Under the pieces are notes generated by a model. The model saw only the letters and a list, made by a program, of their open reading frames with translations. It did no database searches and had not been told where the DNA came from. From Candidatus Zixiibacteriota bacterium (lineage in GTDB: Bacteria; Zixibacteria; MSB-5A5; UBA10806; 4484-95): 64,000 nt of DNA. Where the stretch lies: NCBI GenBank assembly GCA_037441845.1, contig JBBIRK010000005.1, forward strand, positions 221,230-285,229, given 5' to 3'. The translations under genes and the position numbers were made by a program. Each line of letters starts with the position of its first letter. Position 1 is the first letter of the stretch. Positions 28,088-38,399 of the stretch are shown one piece after another.

Positions 28088-29626
28088 ATGAAAACCGAAG
28101 ACCGTATCGAGCCTCGACTGCCCCGCGGATTCCGAGATATACTTTCATCCGATTTGGTGCTGCGCCGCCATATGATTGATACGATTCAGAAAATATATTC
28201 GAATTACGGTTATATGCCGCTCGAAACACCGGCGTTAGAATATCTGGATGCCCTCGGCAAATTTCTGCCTGACAGCGATCAGCCCGAAGCCGGAGTTTTC
28301 GGTTTCAAAATCGAAGAGCAGTGGCTGGCCTTGCGCTATGATTTGACCGCTCCGCTTTCGCGTTATGTGGCAATGAACAAGGATCTGCCCTTGCCGTTCA
28401 AACGCTGCCAGGTGGGCCCGGTCTGGCGTTTGGAAAAACCCGGTCCTGGAAGATACCGCGAGTTCTATCAGTTCGATATAGATATCGTAGGTTGCGATAC
28501 CTCGGCCGGTGATGCCGAAATCTGTATGGCTCTGGCCGATTCACTCCGGGCACTGGGATTTTCGGATAGCGATTTTTTGATCAGAATAAGCAATCGAAAG
28601 GTCCTGAACTCGATAGTGGAGAAAGCGCTGTCCGACATGGACGAGGATCAACTGACGCGGTATTTACAATCGCGCCGAAACAATCAGATGGGATCCTCGG
28701 CAAATCAAGAGCGGATAAAAACTAACTATATCGACGATATTTTCCGCTGCATCGACAAGCTTGATCGAGTGGGAATAGACGGCGTAACCGATCTGCTTCA
28801 GGAAGGCAGGCTGGACGAAACCGGTGATTTTACTCCTGGATGTTTCCTCAAGCGAAATCAACTCGAGCACATTCTCGAATTTTTGCGGCTCGATTGTTCG
28901 ACGCGCCGTTCATTTTTAACGGAGGCGGCGAAATTGATTCAAACGAAAGAGGGCGGCGAGGGATTGGCTGAACTGGAAACCATGGACTACACATTCACCG
29001 CGGCCGGTTACGACGACTCCGTAATCAGATTCGACAGCCAAATAGTGCGCGGGCTGGCCTACTACACCGGACCGGTTTTCGAGGCGACGTTAACTTTTCC
29101 TGTCACGGACGAATCCGGCCGCACGATCCAGTTCGGCAGTGTCGCCGGAGGGGGACGCTACGATTCGTTGATCGAAAGATTCACCGGTCAGAAAATTCCA
29201 GCGACCGGGGCGTCGATCGGGATCGACCGGCTGCTTGTCGCCTATGCCGGAAGAGCGGTTAATAAAAACAGTGGAGCCGCTCAGGCTCTGGTAACGGTCA
29301 TGGATAAAACTAAATTGGCCGACTATATCGCCATGGCCGGGGAATTGAGAAAAGCCGGAATCGACACCGATCTTTATCTCGGATCGAAAGGGATCCGGGC
29401 CCAGCTAAAATATGCCGATCAAAAAAAGATAGGGGTAGCGGTGATCGCCGGCGAGGATGAATTCGCCAAAGGTCAAATCACTCTCAAAGACCTAAAATTG
29501 GGCGCCAGCCTTTCGGCGGAGATCAGCGAACGCGACAAATGGCGTAAAGAACAACCGGCGCAGATCCAGGTTACGCGTGAGCGTTTAGTTGAAGAGGTTA
29601 AGGCGATTCTTCGGCGTCATGGCTGA
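28088..29626 (+). CDS. hisS: Histidine--tRNA ligase (Caulobacter/alphaproteobacterial-like type)
   Basis: PRGFRD, LRYDLTAP, WRLEKPGPGRYREFYQFDID, RGLAYYTG, SVAGGGRYD, GASIGIDR. Confidence 0.96.
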   Translation: MKTEDRIEPRLPRGFRDILSSDLVLRRHMIDTIQKIYSNYGYMPLETPALEYLDALGKFLPDSDQPEAGVFGFKIEEQWLALRYDLTAPLSRYVAMNKDLPLPFKRCQVGPVWRLEKPGPGRYREFYQFDIDIVGCDTSAGDAEICMALADSLRALGFSDSDFLIRISNRKVLNSIVEKALSDMDEDQLTRYLQSRRNNQMGSSANQERIKTNYIDDIFRCIDKLDRVGIDGVTDLLQEGRLDETGDFTPGCFLKRNQLEHILEFLRLDCSTRRSFLTEAAKLIQTKEGGEGLAELETMDYTFTAAGYDDSVIRFDSQIVRGLAYYTGPVFEATLTFPVTDESGRTIQFGSVAGGGRYDSLIERFTGQKIPATGASIGIDRLLVAYAGRAVNKNSGAAQALVTVMDKTKLADYIAMAGELRKAGIDTDLYLGSKGIRAQLKYADQKKIGVAVIAGEDEFAKGQITLKDLKLGASLSAEISERDKWRKEQPAQIQVTRERLVEEVKAILRRHG

Positions 29627-31259
29627 AACGGGGAAATCGTCCTTGTCGAAGCGGCACCTGATTGTTTTTATTCTCTATATAATTCTTGCGCTGATAAACA
29701 CCTATCCGCTCATAACCGATTTTTCGGCGATGCTCGGCCCACCCGAGGACAATCAGCTTTTCGCGTGGAACCTTTGGTGGTTCAAATTCGCCGTATTCGA
29801 ACTGAATTCGTGGCCTTTTCATACGACTTATCTTTTTTATCCCGAAGGCGCCGATTTGTACTTTCATACATTCTCCGCACTCAACTGCATTCCGGCGGCG
29901 CCGTTGCAGATTCTTATCGGCCTTGAGCCGACTTATAATCTGCTCATATTGTTGACATTCGTCTTAACGGCTTATGGCGGATATTCGCTCTGTCGATATT
30001 CAGGTTTCGGTTCGGCGGCATCGTTTTTGGGCGGCCAGGTAATATCATTCAACTCATTTCATTTGGCGCACGCCGGGCATCACCTCAATATCAGTTCGAC
30101 TTATCTTTTGCCGTTCTTGTTGTTATTCGCACTCAAAGCGGCAGAGTCGAATAAAAAAAGTGATATATTTATCGCCGGAATATTATTCGGTGCTAATTAT
30201 TTCCTGGATTTCTATATGTTTCTCTTCGGCATATTGATGCTCGCGGGTCTGATTTTTATCAAACAGCCGGAAAAGAGGTTTTCAATCCGTAGGCAGCTGA
30301 GCAAAATCGCGCCGATAATGCTGATCGGCGGCGCGCTGGCTGCTCCTCTTGCCCTGTCTGCTCTTACGCAAGCAAAATCGGGCAATTTCAGGCTTTGGAC
30401 CGAGTCGCCGGAATTCGCCGCCGATCTGGCCGCTTTTATTCTCCCGCACAGTTTTCATTTATTGAAGGGGATAGTCGCCGGCTTGAACGCGAAAATGGCG
30501 GGCAACGCCTGGGAATCCGCCGCCTTTCTCGGTTTTATCGCCTTGCCGCTTGCGCTATGCGCGATTGCAAAATCAAAAATCAGGCACAAGGGATATTTTG
30601 CGTATCTTGCGCTTACGGGGTTGATTTTATCGCTCGGCGATCATCCATCGTGGCTCGGCAAACCGATCGATTTCATCAAGCTGCCGGGCTATCTTTTCGA
30701 TTTCATTCCGCCGCTGGATGCAATCCGCAGCCCGGGGCGATTCATATTTCTCACTTATTTGGCCATGGGAGTGCTGGTCGGCGCGGCAAGCGAGATGATC
30801 ATCCAATCCGTGAAAACAAAAGCGGCCGTCGCAACTCGTTTGATACCGATATCGCTGTCTCTGCTTTTATTTTTTGATTTTTGCTCGGTTCCGTTCGAGC
30901 TGACCAAAATTCCGATACCGGAATTTTATAGGACATTGAAAAGCGAGAGCGGCGATTTTTCGATTCTAAATATCCCTTTCACCACCATGCAGGCCTGCGA
31001 GCGCCATATGTATTATCAGACTGTCCATCACAGGCCGATAAGCGGCGGATTTTTGGCCAGATTCGACCTCGATTATTATACGAGGCTGATGAGTAAACCT
31101 ATCAGCAGCGAATACTTCAAAGCCAGAAAAATAAAATACGTGGTGTTGCACGCGGGCTTTTTATCGAAATTCGAGTATGATGGATATCTCGAGCGGTTCG
31201 GCCGTGAATTCCAATTGGTGAAAACTGAATATGATCAAACGTTATTAAAGGTTTACTAA
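29619..31259 (+). CDS. Polytopic membrane protein, probable GT-C-fold glycosyltransferase
   Basis: About 12 TM helices; DNQLFAWNLWW, LFYPEG, IRSPGRF, YYQTVHHRPISGG patterns; overlaps the hisS stop. Confidence 0.55.
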   Translation: MAETGKSSLSKRHLIVFILYIILALINTYPLITDFSAMLGPPEDNQLFAWNLWWFKFAVFELNSWPFHTTYLFYPEGADLYFHTFSALNCIPAAPLQILIGLEPTYNLLILLTFVLTAYGGYSLCRYSGFGSAASFLGGQVISFNSFHLAHAGHHLNISSTYLLPFLLLFALKAAESNKKSDIFIAGILFGANYFLDFYMFLFGILMLAGLIFIKQPEKRFSIRRQLSKIAPIMLIGGALAAPLALSALTQAKSGNFRLWTESPEFAADLAAFILPHSFHLLKGIVAGLNAKMAGNAWESAAFLGFIALPLALCAIAKSKIRHKGYFAYLALTGLILSLGDHPSWLGKPIDFIKLPGYLFDFIPPLDAIRSPGRFIFLTYLAMGVLVGAASEMIIQSVKTKAAVATRLIPISLSLLLFFDFCSVPFELTKIPIPEFYRTLKSESGDFSILNIPFTTMQACERHMYYQTVHHRPISGGFLARFDLDYYTRLMSKPISSEYFKARKIKYVVLHAGFLSKFEYDGYLERFGREFQLVKTEYDQTLLKVY

Positions 31260-31387
31260 ACGGCAAAAGCGACTTATAAAGATCCAAGCGTAAAGGTTTT
31301 GCCATTGCCGCCGCTTATCCATATAATAACGGATCGATCGGTCGGCTGAAGAAAGGGCGGCTTCGCTTCCCCGATCGTTTGGAATTT

Positions 31388-32329
31388 ATGACCTGGCGCA
31401 GATTCATCAAGACAGCTTTCGGCCTCGCAGGGGTTTTCTTTCTCGGTTATTATCTGAATAAAAACTGGGACAGCCTCGGTGATTATGACTGGAAATTCAA
31501 TTTCTGGTTATTTGCGGCCTCGATGGCCCTGCTGTGGTTGGCGATCGCCGGTTCGGTTTTTACCTATGCCCGGCTGTTGAACATGATATCCGAGAAACCG
31601 CTTTCATATTTCAAGGTTTATCGTCTGTTCAATTTGACCAATATCGGCAGATATATTCCGGGGCGGCTCTGGAGCATTATAGGCTTCGTCTATTACTCGG
31701 GCGAATATGGGATAAGTCCGAAACGCGCAGCGGTGGCGACCATAATAAACGAGGTCGCAAGCAAAACCGCCGCCCTGACGGTCGGGTTGCTTTACTTCGT
31801 TTTTTCGGACGAATACTCCAATTATCTGCCGATCATGCTGGCGGTGCTGGCGCTCGACTTTATTATCATTCATCCGAAAATTTTGAATCGAGTGGCAAAC
31901 GCGATTTTAAGACTCTTGAAAAAGAAACCGATAGAAATAGACTTTTCTTACTTTGCGGCCTTAAAAATCTGCAGCATGTACGTAATCGTCTGGATTTTCC
32001 ACAGCGTGGCTTTTTATGTATTGATAGCAGCAATCACTGAACTCGGCCCGATACATCCGCTTCAATTCGCGGCGATCCTTCCCCTGTGCTGGATCATCGG
32101 GTACCTGGTCATTTTCGCCCCGGGCGGAATCGGCGTGCGGGAGGCGATGTTGGTGGTGATGCTGGGGAAATTCATGCCGCAAGAGGTAGCGCTGATAATC
32201 GCAATCGTGCAAAGGATCTGGTTTACTCTGGTCGAGGCGATAAATTTCGTTTCCGCTTTAGTTATTCCGCTCGGAAAGGCGGCGATTTCCAATGAAACGA
32301 GCGTCGGATCGGATAAACTCGATTTATGA
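31388..32329 (+). CDS. Lysylphosphatidylglycerol-synthase TM / UPF0104 flippase-like protein
   Basis: GRYIPG and APGGIGVREA motifs; about 8 TM helices. Confidence 0.8.
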   Translation: MTWRRFIKTAFGLAGVFFLGYYLNKNWDSLGDYDWKFNFWLFAASMALLWLAIAGSVFTYARLLNMISEKPLSYFKVYRLFNLTNIGRYIPGRLWSIIGFVYYSGEYGISPKRAAVATIINEVASKTAALTVGLLYFVFSDEYSNYLPIMLAVLALDFIIIHPKILNRVANAILRLLKKKPIEIDFSYFAALKICSMYVIVWIFHSVAFYVLIAAITELGPIHPLQFAAILPLCWIIGYLVIFAPGGIGVREAMLVVMLGKFMPQEVALIIAIVQRIWFTLVEAINFVSALVIPLGKAAISNETSVGSDKLDL

Positions 32330-32376
32330 TAAACATCGAAAACACCGGCCGGCGTCGATACCGGTAAGGAGCAGAA

Positions 32377-34794
32377 ATGGCAGTGGTCAGCAAAAAAACG
32401 ATTCCTAATCAGGACCTGTTCGAAAATTTCCCGGGAAAGCCGTTGACGTATTACTTGGGGGTCTATCTGATCGTTTCGATCGCTTTGTTCCATGAGGCGA
32501 TATTCGGTTTCGGCAAGCTCGTCTATGGAACGGATCTGATGGCCGGGAACCTGTTTTTCAGGCAGTATCTGGTGGATTTTTTCCGCTCGCATGGAAGCTG
32601 GCCGGTCTGGGATCCGTTCATTCACGCCGGCATGCCGTTTATCGAGAGTATCCATGGCGATATTTTTTACATTCCGAGCTTCTTGATTTATCTGCTATTA
32701 GGCGTCAATTACGGGTGGGGGTTCTTGTTCGCCCTGCATGCGTTCGCGGCGGGCGCGTTCATGCTGTTGTTCCTGAAAGAGATCGGTATCCGCGGAAAAG
32801 TGGCTTTCCTAGGGGGATTGATCTACATGGTGGCGCCGTTTTTCATCTCTCTGGTTTTCGCCGGCCACAACGGTAAATTTTTCGTGATCGCGTTGACCCC
32901 GCTGTTGTTTTTTATATATCTGAAGGCGGCCAATTCCGGAAAACTAATTTATTACCTTTTTCTTTCGATCGTCATGTTTTTGGTGATGACCACACCGCAT
33001 ATGCAGCTTGCCTACTTCCTGTTTTGGGCGCTCGCCTTATTCGTGGTTTTCGACTTGGTCGGACGTTGGCGAAAAGAAAATAAATTTCCGCTGCGGCCTC
33101 TCGCTTTTTTCGGGTTGTCGGCGGTATTGGGAATCTTGCTTTCGCTGGTGCAATTTTTGGCACCGTATCAATACCTGAAACAGTATTCCATGCGCACGAT
33201 ACGCAGTGAATCGGGCAAAGGATATGAGTATTCGACATCGTGGTCGATGCACTGGGAAGAAGCCGCGGCCAATTTCTTTCCGGAGTTTTGCGGCGATGAC
33301 ATTTCCGGGCAAAAACAAACTTACTGGGGCCGCAACCCCTTTAAGCTGAATTCCGAGCATGTGAGTATCGTGGCTTTGTTCCTGAGCATTTTCGGAATCC
33401 TTTTATGGAAAAAACCTGATAAATGGTTTTTTCTTATCGCCGCGATTATCGCCGGCCTTTTCACGCTCGGCGCGAACACCCCGTTTTTCAAGCTTTTTTA
33501 TATGATACCGGGTATCAGCAGTTTCCGCGCCCCGAGCCTGGCGACATTCGTGTTCGGCTTTTCGCTGGTAACCCTCGGATCGATGGGGCTCGATGCCTTT
33601 CTCGGCCTGCAAAAAGGCGACAAAGAATTGAAGAAAGCCTGGACGGTATTTGCCTATGCTTGTATTGCTTACAGCGCGATTGCCTTGTTTATGATAATTT
33701 TCCAGATGGGTTTTTTCGAAATTTGGTTTTCTTTAACCGGATATTCACCGGAGCCTCGCAAACTCGACACCCTGCGTCAAGCGCTGGACAATATCACGAT
33801 CGGAGCGGTGATCAGTCTGGCTTTCGTTTGGGTGCTTTTCGGACTGTTGCGATATAACCTGGAAAAGAAAATCAGATCGGATATGCTCGTTTTGGTGTTG
33901 GCGGCGATGACTGCCATATATATGTGGAGTTTCGATTCGCGTTATATAATGACCATCAATCCGAAACAGCATCTCGGCCGCACACCGATCGTCGATTTTT
34001 TCAAGGCTCGCCAGCAATTGGAAGGCCCATTCAGGGTGATGGTTCTACCGCAAACTCTACCGGATTACTATCTGGCCTATCACCATATCGAGGAACTTTC
34101 GTTCAGTCAAATGCACGGAAATCATCTTGCAAGTTTCGAAATACTCGCCGGAAACCGGGGCTCTACTTATGGATTGGTATTCCAGCCGGTTCAGGACCTT
34201 TTCAATATCAGGTATTTCGTAAGCCGACAGCAGCTGCCCCAACAACGATTCAAAGAAGAGGCAAGATTCGGTGAAATCAAAATATATCGAAACCTGACCG
34301 CCTTGCCGCGAGCGTTCCCCGTTTACGATTGGGAAATCCAGCCCGATGAGAACGCGGCGATAGGGATATTGACGGACACTTCTTTTGCCTATGGCACCCG
34401 GTTGCTGCTGACGGAACCGCCGCCCGGATTGAATAAACCCGCGGCCGATACTTCGCTCGGGGCACCGGTCGCCGCCAGAGTTTATGACAACGAAAACTCG
34501 AGTTTCAAAATCGACGTGGATATGCTGGAAGACGGCTTGCTTTTCTTGAGCGAAAATTATTACCCACCGTGGAAAGTCTATGAAAACGGAAAAATATTGA
34601 CCACGTTAAAAGCTGACGTGAATTTCCGGGCGATCCCTCTCAAAAAAGGCAAACATACCGTAATCTGCCGTTTCGAGAATAAGACCTACGAAGCCTCGTT
34701 CGATATCTGTCTGATCACCTTGGTGGGGATTATAGTTCTATCGGTGTTCAACATAATAAGAAATAGAATTATTGCCAAAAGGGCGGCTTCTTGA
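32377..34794 (+). CDS. YfhO-family (GT-C) membrane protein
   Basis: PVWDPFIHAGMPF, FRAPS, ALPRAF, LFLSENYYPPWK, FRAIPLKKGKHTV. Confidence 0.82.
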   Translation: MAVVSKKTIPNQDLFENFPGKPLTYYLGVYLIVSIALFHEAIFGFGKLVYGTDLMAGNLFFRQYLVDFFRSHGSWPVWDPFIHAGMPFIESIHGDIFYIPSFLIYLLLGVNYGWGFLFALHAFAAGAFMLLFLKEIGIRGKVAFLGGLIYMVAPFFISLVFAGHNGKFFVIALTPLLFFIYLKAANSGKLIYYLFLSIVMFLVMTTPHMQLAYFLFWALALFVVFDLVGRWRKENKFPLRPLAFFGLSAVLGILLSLVQFLAPYQYLKQYSMRTIRSESGKGYEYSTSWSMHWEEAAANFFPEFCGDDISGQKQTYWGRNPFKLNSEHVSIVALFLSIFGILLWKKPDKWFFLIAAIIAGLFTLGANTPFFKLFYMIPGISSFRAPSLATFVFGFSLVTLGSMGLDAFLGLQKGDKELKKAWTVFAYACIAYSAIALFMIIFQMGFFEIWFSLTGYSPEPRKLDTLRQALDNITIGAVISLAFVWVLFGLLRYNLEKKIRSDMLVLVLAAMTAIYMWSFDSRYIMTINPKQHLGRTPIVDFFKARQQLEGPFRVMVLPQTLPDYYLAYHHIEELSFSQMHGNHLASFEILAGNRGSTYGLVFQPVQDLFNIRYFVSRQQLPQQRFKEEARFGEIKIYRNLTALPRAFPVYDWEIQPDENAAIGILTDTSFAYGTRLLLTEPPPGLNKPAADTSLGAPVAARVYDNENSSFKIDVDMLEDGLLFLSENYYPPWKVYENGKILTTLKADVNFRAIPLKKGKHTVICRFENKTYEASFDICLITLVGIIVLSVFNIIRNRIIAKRAAS

Positions 34795-34870
34795 GCCGTC
34801 CTCGAAAGGCAATTGATTTCCGCAATCGCGCAATGCCGCTATGCGACGATGTGGGCGACTTCTAGAATGA

Positions 34871-35776
34871 TCAACTGCCGGCAGCGTTTCCTGAATCGGC
34901 TGCCGGCAACTCGACGATAACCCTTCTGATCCGCTGTCCGTCTATCCTGTCGGCGATAAAATTCACGCCCCCGTAAGTGACTTTGGTTCCTTGTGCCGGC
35001 AGACCGCCTACGATATCGTAAATAACTCCGCCAACAGTTTGGAATCTTTCCACGGGCAGATCCAGCGAAAAATAGTCGTTCAATTCGCTCACAGGAAGTC
35101 CGCCTCCGACCGAGTATTGCCGCTCGTCGATTTTTCGGATAGGCGGCCCTTCGCGATCGTATTCGTCCTGTATTTCGCCGACGATCTCCTCGAGAATATC
35201 CTCGAGAGTAACCAGACCGGCCGTACCGCCGTACTCATCGACGACTATCGCCAAATGCATTTTGTTGGTGCGCATTTCCCTGAGCAAATCACTTAACAGC
35301 TTGTTCTCGGGAATCAAGAAAGGCGGTCGGGCATGCTGTTTGCCGATTAACGTATCCGCCGGCAGCCCGCTGATAAAAATATCCTTTACATATATTATGC
35401 CGATAATCGAATCGAGTGACTCTTCGTAAAGAGGCAAACGGGAATGCCCGCATTTTTTGACAAGCTCGCTGACATCATGAACACTTACTCCGGATTCGAC
35501 GCCGACTATGTCCACTCGTGGAACCATGATCTCCTTGGCCGTGGTCCGCGAAATTTCCAGTACTCCGCGCAGCATGTCTTTCAGCTCGCTGCTTATTACG
35601 AATTCGTCGGCAAGCCGATCCGGCAGGATATCGATATCACTCGTGCGCTTGTTGTCCGCCGAATCCTCCGAACGGGATTCCCCGGTGAAGACGTCGAACA
35701 GACCGGCTAATCGTGACTTACGTTTTTTCTTTTTGCTTTTTCCTCCGGGAGGCTCTCCGCTTGAGCTTAATTCCAT
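34871..35776 (-). CDS. CBS-pair/CorC_HlyC protein (CorC/YbeX-like)
   Basis: IMVPRVDI, HSRLPLY, VDEYGGTAGLVTLEDILEEIVGEIQDEYD; follows ybeY as in ybeZYX operons. Confidence 0.88.
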   Translation of the reverse strand: MELSSSGEPPGGKSKKKKRKSRLAGLFDVFTGESRSEDSADNKRTSDIDILPDRLADEFVISSELKDMLRGVLEISRTTAKEIMVPRVDIVGVESGVSVHDVSELVKKCGHSRLPLYEESLDSIIGIIYVKDIFISGLPADTLIGKQHARPPFLIPENKLLSDLLREMRTNKMHLAIVVDEYGGTAGLVTLEDILEEIVGEIQDEYDREGPPIRKIDERQYSVGGGLPVSELNDYFSLDLPVERFQTVGGVIYDIVGGLPAQGTKVTYGGVNFIADRIDGQRIRRVIVELPAADSGNAAGS

Positions 35777-36161
35777 ACATCGATCCTTTCAAAAGCGATT
35801 CCTGAACCTGCCACATCAATTTTCTATCCTGTCTGCTCTTGTCATCGTAGCCGAGCAAGTGTAAAAGACCGTGGAGGCACACCCGTTCGAATTCCTCTTC
35901 GAAGCGGACCCGTTCCGCGGCGGCTTGCGATCTCACCTGTGGCAGACAAACATAGATTTCCCCATCAAGATAATTATCCGAGCGTCGTTCCGCAAGATCG
36001 AATGCCAGAACATCGGTGGAACGATTCCTGCCCTTGAATTGAAGATTCAGTCTCTTGATTAAGCGTATATCGGTGATAATTATCGTCAGCGAGCCATCGA
36101 CATGAAAATGCCGGCATACTCGTGCCAGCAGTTTTTTCATCGAGGCATAATCGATTTTCAA
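35718..36161 (-). CDS. ybeY: rRNA maturation endoribonuclease YbeY
   Basis: LN..FKG..STDVLAF, GEIYVC, HGLLHLLGYDD; start uncertain because the frame stays open upstream. Confidence 0.9.
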   Translation of the reverse strand: MKIDYASMKKLLARVCRHFHVDGSLTIIITDIRLIKRLNLQFKGRNRSTDVLAFDLAERRSDNYLDGEIYVCLPQVRSQAAAERVRFEEEFERVCLHGLLHLLGYDDKSRQDRKLMWQVQESLLKGSMYGIKLKRRASRRKKQKEKT

Positions 36162-36190
36162 TCTGCGATTGGTTTTTTGGACTGTGATTT

Positions 36191-38377
36191 TTAAGATAAT
36201 TCTTCTTTCTTCTCGGGATATTTTATGCGCCGATGGAAAAAGGCGGTCAATACCCTGACGAAACTGTCCTCGATTTTCTTTATTTCCCTCAAAGTGAGGT
36301 TGGAATTCTCGAGGAGACCGGAGTCGAGTCTTTCCATGAAAAGCCGATGGACAAGTCCTCTGATGCGCGCCGGTTTCGGATCATCAAGCGTGCGCGAGGC
36401 GGCCTCGACGGCATCGGCAAGCATCACGATCGCCACTTCCTTCGATCTCGGATTCGGTCCCGGATACCGGAAATCGCGGGGGTCGACGCCGTCGCCGAAT
36501 TCTTTACGCGCTTTTTCGTAAAAATAGGTCATCATTCCGGTGCCGTGATGACCGGTTATAAACTCGATGATTTTTTCCGGCAGACCGTGGCGCCGGGCCA
36601 GCTCCACACCCTCTTTTACGTGGGCCTCGAGAATCAATGCCGACATTGTCGGGGCCAGTTTTTCATGTTTGTTTTCGGCCTCCATTTGATTTTCCACGAA
36701 ATACTCCGGCTTCAGCATTTTGCCGATATCATGATAATACGACCCTACCCTTGCCAGAAGCGAGTTGGCGCCGATCGATTCGGCGGCATCCTCGGCAAGT
36801 GTACCGATCATGATTGAATGGTGGTAGGTGCCGGGCGCATCTATCGCCAGCCTTTTCAGAAGCGGACGATTCAAATCCGAAAGCTCAAGCAGCGTGATGT
36901 CCGTTGTTATGCCGAAACCGGTTTCAAAAAGGGGAAGCAACCCAATAGTCAGGATAGGCGTGAGGAACCCGTTCAACACCCCGAACAGTACATGATTCAG
37001 CAGTAGCGGAGGCTGGGTAAGGCTTAACGATTCGATAAGATAAACGGAACCGGCGTAGCTCAGACACAGATACAATATCGGCCGATAAAAGTCGTGGCGA
37101 TGGCGGACTTTGCGCACCAGAAAGCAGGCGATTGTGCCGCAGACCACCGTAACCAGGACCAGATCGAAATTAAAACCGGCCAATACCCCGACCAGCATCG
37201 CAAGAGAAATATTCAAAGTCAGTCCGACCTGTTCATCGAAAAGTATGGTGGCTAAAATTGCGGCTATCGTAAGCGGGGCAAGATATTTAGAAAGAACCGC
37301 CTGGGAAATCACGAGCTCCAAAATCAAGACGGAACCGCCGATAATGATCGCAAACAGCAGCAAATTGCCATAGGAATAGTAGATTTCTTTCCTGAAATAG
37401 AACAGGTAAATGGCGAAAAAAAGAATCGGAAATGCCACGAAAAACAATCTGCCGAGCGGAGGCAAAATATATTCGAGCAAACCTCCCCTTATTCCCTGTT
37501 GCCGCCTGAATTTCGAAAGTGAAACGAGTTTGCCGTATTGTACTTCGCTGATTTTCTCGCCCGCCCCGATTATTTTTTCTCCTTTGAAAACCATTCCTTT
37601 GGTGCGGGGTATGGCATCAAGTTCGGCCTTGCGAAGTTGTTCGGTGGCAGCCGTATCGAACTCCAGATTGGGGACGATACGCTTGGCCACTATGGTTGCG
37701 GCGGTCTTCCATATCAACCTATCGCGCGATGACGATAAGCTGTCGGCTATGGCGAAACAGTAACCTTTGGCGGAAATTGTATCCAGTATTTTTTCTCTGA
37801 TCACGGTGCGGCTTTCATCACCGTTTTTTATTACCACTAATCCCGATCCGGGCATCGGCAGCCTCGAGGGGTCGGCCATTATCCCCTCGGCGAACACACG
37901 TTCGGCGATTATAGTCGATGCTTTTTCGATAGCGCGCGCCGTTCGCGGATTTAACATCATATTGACGACGGAATCGGGAATGGTCGTTATTCGTTGCTTT
38001 ATAGCAGCAATCTTCGGTGCCGCGCCGCCCGGTAATTCCGAGACCGAATCGATGACTGCGAAAAACTCCGCAAGATTCACGGCCGCGCCGCGATAAACGG
38101 AGCTGTCGAACCTCACGACCGGCTTGAGATTGGCGATTACGACGAAACGATCGCGTTCCAGCTCTTCGTCGCTCTTGTAAACGGGAAAATCGAAAGGCGC
38201 CACTATATCTTCGGAGGCTATCGTCGAGATGGCCGGGGTATCGAGTGGAAGATAGATTTTCTCGAGCGGATACAGGAACGTTATCCCGAGAATCAGCACT
38301 GCACCCAGCGCTATCCGATAGATTAGTCCGCCCTGGCCGTTCTGTTTGCCTGACAGCTCCTGGCCGGTGCCATGCAA
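36191..38377 (-). CDS. 7TM-HD phosphohydrolase (PgpH/YqfF-like, possible cyclic-dinucleotide phosphodiesterase)
   Basis: Extracellular domain plus 7 TM; APGTYHHS, YYHDIGK, YFVENQ, HHGT, FRYPGPNP, MLADAVEAA. Confidence 0.9.
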   Translation of the reverse strand: MHGTGQELSGKQNGQGGLIYRIALGAVLILGITFLYPLEKIYLPLDTPAISTIASEDIVAPFDFPVYKSDEELERDRFVVIANLKPVVRFDSSVYRGAAVNLAEFFAVIDSVSELPGGAAPKIAAIKQRITTIPDSVVNMMLNPRTARAIEKASTIIAERVFAEGIMADPSRLPMPGSGLVVIKNGDESRTVIREKILDTISAKGYCFAIADSLSSSRDRLIWKTAATIVAKRIVPNLEFDTAATEQLRKAELDAIPRTKGMVFKGEKIIGAGEKISEVQYGKLVSLSKFRRQQGIRGGLLEYILPPLGRLFFVAFPILFFAIYLFYFRKEIYYSYGNLLLFAIIIGGSVLILELVISQAVLSKYLAPLTIAAILATILFDEQVGLTLNISLAMLVGVLAGFNFDLVLVTVVCGTIACFLVRKVRHRHDFYRPILYLCLSYAGSVYLIESLSLTQPPLLLNHVLFGVLNGFLTPILTIGLLPLFETGFGITTDITLLELSDLNRPLLKRLAIDAPGTYHHSIMIGTLAEDAAESIGANSLLARVGSYYHDIGKMLKPEYFVENQMEAENKHEKLAPTMSALILEAHVKEGVELARRHGLPEKIIEFITGHHGTGMMTYFYEKARKEFGDGVDPRDFRYPGPNPRSKEVAIVMLADAVEAASRTLDDPKPARIRGLVHRLFMERLDSGLLENSNLTLREIKKIEDSFVRVLTAFFHRRIKYPEKKEELS

Positions 38378-38399
38378 TTCGCGCCCGAGATTTGACAGT

